In this document: positions 55,432 through 64,000 of the stretch, in pieces
How positions within the stretch are numbered: the stretch's first letter is position 1
How the letters are laid out: the number at the start of each line of letters is the position of its first letter
Assembly (NCBI RefSeq): GCF_006345805.1
Contig: NC_043017.1
Location: 992,001 to 1,056,000 of the forward strand
Origin: Octopus sinensis
Taxonomy: Eukaryota
DNA length: 64,000 bases
Direction: 5' to 3'
Position numbers and translations under genes: made by a program
The notes under the pieces: model-generated
The model's database searches: none
What the model was told of the DNA's origin: nothing
What the model saw: the letters and a program-made list of their open reading frames with translations, nothing else

Positions 55432-55477
55432 TGGGGAAATTTCGAACCTGGTTTCTCATTCCTATTATTATTATTAT

Positions 55478-56035
55478 TCAGTGAGAGAGCAGTGCATGCC
55501 ATCAAAGTGACACTGGGGTACAAATATACGAAGCCCAGTATACACATCATGACTACCCGTCTGATAAGGGTACACCAGGCACATGCATCACAACAATATG
55601 TGCGCTACATGGTGATCTCATAACAAGATAAACAGCGCATGACCTTGCAGGTGGGGCCCAGTTAGAATTTTCTTCTGGTTGGGTAACACATCCCATTCAA
55701 AAGGTCCCTGATTAAGGGTTTTTTTAAGGATGTTGAATGAAACACTCATGTTTCAAGAGGTGAATTATTCAAACCCCAAAGAACCCACATCAACACATGG
55801 CTGTGATGCTCCCTCGTTACTTCTGCTCGTGATCAGAGATGCACATATCGTCAGCCACTAAGGGACATGCTCAACTGGTTGATGTCAAACAACCGACAAG
55901 CAAATCTGTGGTATTGAGCATAATATTTGCTGTAGCCCATCTTTTATACCAAGACAAAACAATGTACATGATAACACTTCCAATCAGTTAAGATCAGAAG
56001 CCATGAGAGCCACTGCCTGGTACGGCATCAGGGCA
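55478..56035 (-). mobile_element. non-coding (TAA)n-flanked interspersed element, longer copy
   Basis: Homolog of 44380-44849; ATT tracts on both sides. Confidence 0.85.
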
Positions 56036-56133
56036 TTTATTATTATTATTATTATTATTATGATTATTATTATTATATTATTATTATTATTATATTATTA
56101 TATATTATTATTATTATTATTATATTATTATTA

Positions 56134-56960
56134 TTCAGTAGTTTTATTTTTATAGCGTGCTTTCACTTCACTACCGAGCGCAGCTCTGTGTGCCTGGGTA
56201 TGTGCTGTGATTTGTTGTGATGCTCTGATGATATTGTATGGAAAGTGTTCTGCGTAGAGGTGTCAGTGTGCCTAGTAGTGCAATTTTCTGTATGTTATAG
56301 TGTGTTGTAAGTCCTGGTGTTTCTGTTATGTATTTGTCTGAATTTTTTATCATGCCTAATGCACCTACTAAGATAGGAATTGTTTCGTTTTCAGATTCCA
56401 CATTCTAGTTACCTCTATTTTCAGGTCTTTGTATTTTGAGAGTTTCTCAATTTCTTTTAGAGACACGTTGTCATCTGCCAGTATTGATACATCAATTAGA
56501 AAGCATTTTTTTCTTCATGATCTCTGACAACTATATCTGGTCTGTTGGCCTTAATTTCTCTATCTGTGTGTATCGGCATATCCCAGAGTATGGTTGTTTT
56601 CTCGCTTTCTGTGATCTTTTCTGGTGTGTGCCTATACCATCTTTTTCTGTTGTTATTCCATAATGTTGGCATTACTTCCAATGTATGTAGGTTCCAACTC
56701 TGTCATGTCTGTGAATATATTCCTTCTTAGCCAGGACTGGGCAGCTAGAGATAATATGATTAATTGTTTCTTGTTCATCTCCACATATTCTGCAGTTACT
56801 TGTAATATTTCTTTTCATTACATGTTTTTGGTAATTTCTGGTGGGGAGGCTTTGGTCTTGTGCTGCATTAAAAATCCCTCTGTTTCTGCTTTGAGTCCTG
56901 AGCTTCTCAACCATTGCTGGGATTTTCTTTGTCTATTTCTTTTGCGTTTAGTTTAGTGCA
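56134..56960 (-). mobile_element. R4/Dong-like non-LTR retrotransposon 3' fragment (CCHC knuckle plus restriction-like endonuclease)
   Basis: AAQDQSLPTRNY..CRICGDEQETINHIISSC..RHDRV; ILWDMPIHTDREIKANRPDIVV; TIPILVGALG; IQKIALLGT; embedded in (ATT)n. Confidence 0.9.
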
Positions 56961-56996
56961 GTTATTATTTTATTATTATTATCATTATTATTATTA

Positions 56997-57046
<50 letters not shown>

Positions 57047-57231
57047 GATTATTATCATTATTATTTTATTTCATTATTATTTATTATTATTATTATTGTT
57101 GTTGTTGTTGTTGTTGTTCAGGTTACTGCTCGCAATCGAACTCGGAATCTTGGGGCAGTAGCCCACACCCTTAAATACTACGCCCTAATAACATACTTAA
57201 AATACTACTATCACCACCACCACCACCACCG

Positions 57232-57302
<71 letters not shown>

Positions 57303-57532
57303 GTTATTGCTTCTGCTGCTGCTGCCACTGCTACTACTTGTATTACTGCTCTTATTGTTGAAGTTATATTCGTTAGCTATTCCTATTCATATCTTGCCGA
57401 TATTGGGTTCCATTGTGTGTAGAAACCAGTCCTGCATTTAATTATTAAGTTATCCCAAAGCCTTTGCGAAAGCGAAATACAAAGAATTATATCTATGTAT
57501 CTACCTATCTATTTGTGGGAGTGTGTGTGTAT

Positions 57533-57572
<40 letters not shown>

Positions 57573-57922
57573 TATATACATACATATTCATACATACGCA
57601 TTCATATATTTATTTCTATACATACATATATACATATAAATATGTATATATGCACACACACATACACATGTTTATATATATGCAATATATATATAATATA
57701 TATATGTGTCTGTATATATATATATATATATAAATATAAATACATATATATATTTATATATTATATGGAAGTATATATATACTCACGCGTACACACGCAC
57801 GCACACACAAAACACACAGACATACATAGGTCTTGGTTTAAGTATAGGTTAGTATTCTTTTCTTGTAGAGACTATTTTTAGCCTAAGCTTTCTTATATAA
57901 ATTATTATTATTATTATTATTA

Positions 57923-57967
<45 letters not shown>

Positions 57968-58150
57968 GTTGTTGTTGTTGTTGTTATCATTATTATTATC
58001 ATTATGCCCAGTCATTCTATTTACTAGTTATCTGCTGAAATGTATGATCAAATTAAATTCACTTCACTTGGTATTTCTAGCCTACATGTTTAATATACAA
58101 TCCTGTATACATACACACGCATACATTCATGCACACACACACACATATAT

Positions 58151-58210
<60 letters not shown>

Positions 58211-58680
58211 TTTTATGAAAGACACACCTTGAAATTAGAGCTGTCACTGGCGAAATCTCGTTCGATGCGGTTATAATTAAAGCTATTTGAGTAAAGTTAT
58301 ATTGTGTAAAACGCAGACCACTGAGTAAGGAAAGGAACAGAATAATATCGGTCATCATTTCTAATTCAGAATACTTCGTTGGAACTCTCCTCTGTAAGTC
58401 TAAACACATGCATACAAATACACACATACACACACATACACACACATACACACACATATACTTGTATATATGAGCATACATTTACATATACAAATATATG
58501 CATATACAAGCATATCCCCTTCACATGGACAGAATGCGTGGTTATAGAGTTTCTATGCTGGTTAACATGGTGGTATAAATCTCAATTTGTTTAAAAACAG
58601 ACGATTTCATTTCAGGGAGAAAAACAGCGAAGCTGGCAGAGAGGCAGAAGAATCAATGGAAGAAGTCGAAGACGCAGTAT

Positions 58681-58799
58681 AAGAAGAAGAAGAGAAGAAG
58701 AAGAAGAAGAAGAAGAAGAAGAAGAAGAAGAAGAAGAAGAAGAAAGACAGAAGAAGCCAGAAGAAGAAGAAGAAGAAGAAGAAGAAGAAGAAGAAGAAG

Positions 58800-58830
<31 letters not shown>
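58681..58830. repeat. (AAG)n microsatellite
   Basis: Direct. Confidence 0.95.
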
Positions 58831-59155
58831 GATGGAGGAGGAGGTGGACTCCGTCAGTTCGTATTTTAATGAAGTTTAAAACAATAATAGTGAAACAATA
58901 ACAGATTTCGTGAATGTAGATATAATATGGAGGAGAATACGATTGGACGGACATGATTGGATCACTTCACATCGTGGTGTTAACGAAAAGCATCTAAAGA
59001 AAATGTAAGACTCTTTACGGTGATTCAAATGTAACAAAGCGAAGCTAAAGTTTTCTGAGATGGCAGCTTTCAGTCTGAAAAGTATGAGCGTGAAGGTCAG
59101 AAAAAGAAGTAGTTTGAATATTATTAAATGCATATAATATATATACTAAAGTAAA

Positions 59156-59388
59156 GGCGGCGAGCTGGCAGAAACGTTAGCGCGCCGGGCGAAATGCTTA
59201 GCGGTATTTCGTCTGTCGTTACTTTCTGATTTCAAATTCCGCCGAGGTCGACTTTGGCTTTCATCCTTTCGGGGTCGATAAATAAAGTACCAGCTTTGCA
59301 CTGGGGTCGATGTAATCTACTTAATCCTTTTGTCTGTCCTTGTTTGTCCCCTCTAATGTTTAGCCCCTTGTGGGCAATAAAGAAATAA
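59156..59388 (+). mobile_element. SINE family A monomer, well preserved
   Basis: ggcggcgagctggcagaaacgttagc...ttcaaattccgccgaggtcgac...cttgtgggcaataaagaaata. Confidence 0.9.
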
Positions 59389-59430
59389 ATATATATATAT
59401 TAAAGCATATGCTTTGTGTATGTTCCGGTG

Positions 59431-59524
59431 CTGCAATGGCGTGGCGGAGTGTATAAACTCTCGTGTCACCGTTGTCAAAACGCTGGCGACATGAGAGTTT
59501 GCGTCCTCCGCCACGCCATTGCAG
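59431..59524. other. GC-rich 94-nt near-perfect hairpin
   Basis: ctgcaatggcgtggcggag pairs perfectly (19 bp) with ctccgccacgccattgcag; inner stem aactctcgtgtcacc / ggcgacatgagagtt. Confidence 0.9.
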
Positions 59525-59901
59525 TCTCAAGAAAATAAATAAATCACATACATTAGTATATGTATTTAATAATATCTATTACACTGAAACTGTTGTTACT
59601 TCTCAAGTAAATAGGGTTTAATTTAATTGAATAATGAGAAGTTTCTCGGATGTAGCGGTTTTCGATCTGACATCATCACTGGATATTGTTGAATCATAGC
59701 TTCCTGAGGGAGTGAAACGGCGACATTTAGAGAAATAACAGCAACATCTATGTAAATATATTAAGTTGCAGTGTTTGTACTCACAACCCACACAAATAAA
59801 TAGAATTAGTTTGGAAGAAAACCAGAAATGTTAAAGATATATTTACATGACAAATTTTAATCATTACAGATTTGGCCTTGAATACATACATACAAGCATA
59901 C

Positions 59902-59978
<77 letters not shown>

Positions 59979-61272
59979 GGTGTGTGTGCGTGTGTGTTAT
60001 CATGTATGTATACTTATATGTGAGTATGTGTATGTTTGATAGTTACCATCCCATACGGCATTCATTAAGATCCATACGCAAATATACTCACACACATATA
60101 TATATTATATATATTAATATATGTGTATGTATGTATGTATATCAACAAACCCACATGTACATTCAATACGTCGTTTTCCTAAGTATCCTATGTCATATGT
60201 GGATACTTATATATATATATATACATATATAATATATACCATATATATATATATATATTATATATATATATTTGCATATATACAGTGATGTATCGTTTTT
60301 GGTATGTCCTTCGCTGAGATTAATCTTATCATCATAGCGGAATAAACATATCGAAATTACCACTGTAATGTCAACGCTGAATGTCAGGAATAAAATATAT
60401 TAACTCAGTATCCAAAACAACTACACACACACGTATATATAGGCCTCCACACTTAGATATGTACAAATTATACACACTTAGATACATACACACTCACAAA
60501 TATACATATAAACCGAAGAAACACGAACGAGAATAGTTTATTCTGTGCTAACGAGGTTTTAATGCTAATGAGCGAAGTTGACATCGTTGGTGTTAATGCA
60601 GGGAGCCGCGTTAGGTAGTGGAAGAAATAAGAGAGTGAAAACAAAACGAACCGAAACAAAACAGAACAAAAAATATAAGAATAATCAACGCGAAATGAAA
60701 GCAATCAGCACTGAAAATAAGATAAGATTACAAATGCAAATTTCTTACAGAGAAAAGCAAGCTTATAAAATTTGAATGCAATTAATGCAGTTCAAATTTT
60801 AAATAAATAAGCAAGTAAACGGAAACAGGTAAATAAACCATAAATAACTCTGATAAAAACGTGAAAAAAATAATTAGCAAAGTAATGTAAAATGTTAAAG
60901 AACTTAGTGGTAAATAAATAAACACATAATATAAATGTATATTAAATATGTATTAAACTGCAGGTTTGAGTGTTGAGCATGTTCACGGAAATGTCTCTGT
61001 GGTTCGCAAGACGTGTCGTATCTGTCGGATTATGTTCTGTTGATGATCTGAAATAAAACTGAAGCACGTACCATGTTGTTAATATACTGTTACAAATAAG
61101 AATTGCCCGTCACTTAATTCTATTTCCGTAGTTGTTCATTGAAATACTGCGTGTAAATTTTCCTTTCTACATACGGGTTACAAAAAAACATACATGAATA
61201 CCAGGGCCAGATATTAAATATTTGTTCTCATGTATTTCAACATCTGTTACTATATTTATTCCTTCTTTATAA

Positions 61273-61500
61273 GGCGGCGAACTGGCAGAAACGTTAGCAC
61301 GCCGGGCGAAATGCGTAGCCGTATTTCGTCTGTCGTTACATTCCGAGTTCAAATTCCGCCGTAGTCGACTTTGCCTTTCATTCTTTTGAGGTCGATAAAT
61401 TAAGTACCAGTTACACACTGGAGTCGATGTAATCGAATTAATCCTTTTATCTGCCCTTGTTTGTCCTCTCAGATTTTAGCCCCTTGTGGGTAGTAAAGAT
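61273..61500 (+). mobile_element. SINE family A monomer
   Basis: Colinear with 59156-59388. Confidence 0.9.
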
Positions 61501-61715
61501 AAATATATTTATAACTTGTCTCTGCCAGAGAGTTTCATGTCAGTGTTCTATGCATGAATCATTTAGCTTGACTGAGGTTGTACTTTGCCGATTTCCTTTG
61601 TGTTATTTAAAATTCCAAAAACCCAATTTTTCTTTCTGCTCAAAATGAATCATGATTCATCAGGAATAACACCAATGCCGCAGTGATGAAGGAAGGGAGA
61701 TCCAGTACACAAAGT

Positions 61716-61746
<31 letters not shown>

Positions 61747-61764
61747 TTATATATGTGTATACGC

Positions 61765-61895
61765 ACGTGATGTGGGGTAAAATGTTTGCTTGACAACCTC
61801 ACGGTCCGAAGTTCATTCTTACTGCATGGAAGTCTGAGCAAGCGTGTTCTAGAATAGCCTCAGGGCAACCAAAGAATGCGAGTGAATTTGGTAAT
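61765..61895 (+). mobile_element. SINE family B 5' half, diverged
   Basis: gtgatgtggggtaaaatgtttgctt...gaatagcctcagggcaaccaaag...gagtgaatttggta. Confidence 0.6.
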
Positions 61896-62029
61896 AATAT
61901 ATATATATATATATATGTGTGTGTGTTTGTGTGTTTGCGTGTGTGTGTGAGTGTTTGTGTGTGTGTGTGTGTGTTTGTTGTGTGTGTGTGTGTGACACAC
62001 CTGCTGAAAATTGTTTTCTCTCTCTGAGG

Positions 62030-62705
62030 GGATTTTTATCCGTAGCAGAGTTCTTCAAGAAACTGTACGGGGACCAATACTGTTTTTGTGGCTCTCTCTT
62101 AGATACGCCCTCAGCCGCACAGGCAGATACTCTCACCTTCTGCGCAGAAGATGCAAATATATCAGTTGCCGTCAAGGACATCGACGGCTTACTAAAGTTG
62201 CAAAGTGACCTGCATGTAATTTTCAAATAGTCTGATGAAAATAAAAGGCACTTCAATGCTGTGAAGTTTGAAGCAGTCCACTTTCAGCCCACAAAAGACT
62301 ATAGTCGGAATAAACAGAGTTAGAGTAGTGCCATCTCAGAGTCAGAGGCGGTTCGTGACCTGGGAATCCACGTGAGTAATGATTTAACATTCCATTTGTA
62401 CATTATTAAGATGGCAACTCTGTGCAGGTGAGTGGCTGGAGGGATTCTGAGATTGTTGAGAACCTGAGAAAAAGGATACCATCCTGCTCCCATGGAGAAC
62501 TTATATTCTCACTCATCCGGATTATTGTTTTCAGTTGTCGTTGTCACAGAGCATCATACTGGTGTTGGAAGTTGAGGCATTCCAATTCCTCTACCCGAAG
62601 AAGATTGACTCAATGAAACAGCCAAGCGACTGAAAGATGCTAAAAGTATCGAAGCTCTGCTACCTTCAGAGAAGACGTGAGAGATATGCAGTGATATGCA
62701 TGTCG
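62030..62705 (+). mobile_element. CR1-like LINE reverse transcriptase remnant
   Basis: SRVLQETVRGPILFL (SGVPQGTVLGPILFL-like), FCAEDANI (FADD), LQSDL, VRDLGIHVSNDLTF, LQRRRERYAVI; frameshifted. Confidence 0.8.
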
Positions 62706-63015
62706 ATGCCCTGACCGGCCTGACTATTGTGTTCTTGAGCAAGACACTTTATTTCACGTTGCTCCAGTTAAATGAGCAATAGATATCGCTGGTTCCAAAT
62801 TGTCGTGGCTTTTGCCTCCACATGGGTGGTGCGGAGAGTTTGGCAGGTATGCACAAACACAAATATAAACGAATACGAATGTGTATAAGTGCATGTATCC
62901 ATACAGGCAAACATTATGCACATATATCACATACTTACATATGTAAACTTATATAGTCAGTATGCAAAATATATATATACATATATGTGTATATTTGTGT
63001 ATATACATATATATA

Positions 63016-63054
<39 letters not shown>

Positions 63055-63072
63055 TATATATATATATACAAA

Positions 63073-63109
<37 letters not shown>

Positions 63110-63642
63110 TATATATATATAATAAAATATTATATATATATATATGCTATGATGGGTGTCTTTGTGTGTGTCTGTGCATGTGCGTGTGGTTAATCATATA
63201 GATACACAGACAGAAATGCAGGCACAGAGACAAAATAAAAAAAACGATAGGCATACAGATAGACACAGTCATAAACAGAAACATAGATAACGTACGTAGC
63301 TAGCTAGTGTATTATGTCAGAGCGGTATTTAGTATTGTTCGCAAAAGTGTTCAGAATATAACTCAGAGAAAATGTCATCCATTTCTAAATCTGACATTTA
63401 TCACAGATTTATGTCCGTATTATGGAATTGATATCAAAGGTGAGCCATGATGATAAATATAGCGGTCCCATCCCAGTCTTTGATATTTCATGATCATATA
63501 CTGTTCTCAATACACTTCTATTGCCTTGTCCGCCATATTCATGTAATTGTCTATCTATATCTATCTTCTATCTATCATCTATCTATATATCTATCTATCT
63601 ATCTATCTGTATATATGTCTATCTGTCTGTCTGTCTGCCTGC

Positions 63643-63684
<42 letters not shown>

Positions 63685-63687
63685 TAG

Positions 63688-63719
<32 letters not shown>

Positions 63720-64000
63720 ATATATTATATATATAGTGACATTATATTAGAAGATGATAGATATAGATAAATAGATAGATAGACAAACAGGCAGATGAAT
63801 AAATAAACAGATTGATATATATATATATATAAAGGCTATATATACGTACATGAACATTCACCCGCTGATGTATATACATACATACACGCGCACATACACA
63901 CGCGCACACACACACGCATACACACACACACATGCACACATACACACCACACATATATATATATATATAAATATATATAAATAAATGGATAGATTTATAG

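Noticed and set aside
59156-59245. tRNA-like A/B boxes in SINE heads
   Set aside because: No cloverleaf; these are SINE promoters, not tRNA genes.

Overview
AT-rich, microsatellite-dense eukaryotic non-coding DNA (intergenic or a very large intron). The SINE families and repeat landscape resemble those of Octopus (inference from recalled repeats, not from a search). I found no intact protein-coding gene; almost all listed ORFs are translations of (TA)n, (CA)n, (ATAG)n or (AAT)n tracts. Recognisable content: two abundant tRNA-derived SINE families, decayed Tc1/mariner transposases (three maT/DD37D-like, two mariner DD34D-like), a Chapaev3-like transposon, R4/Dong-like LINE ends nested in (TAA)n, Hero-like and CR1-like LINE fragments, and a Penelope-like RT remnant. 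The most notable signal is RNA-structural. There is a complete type I hammerhead ribozyme motif at 16027-16090 (+), three minimal Penelope-type hammerhead motifs (29345-29382, 54321-54358, 55386-55431), a split hammerhead in a fold-back at 11350-11655, and several long inverted repeats. All folds were done by eye, and TE boundaries are approximate.
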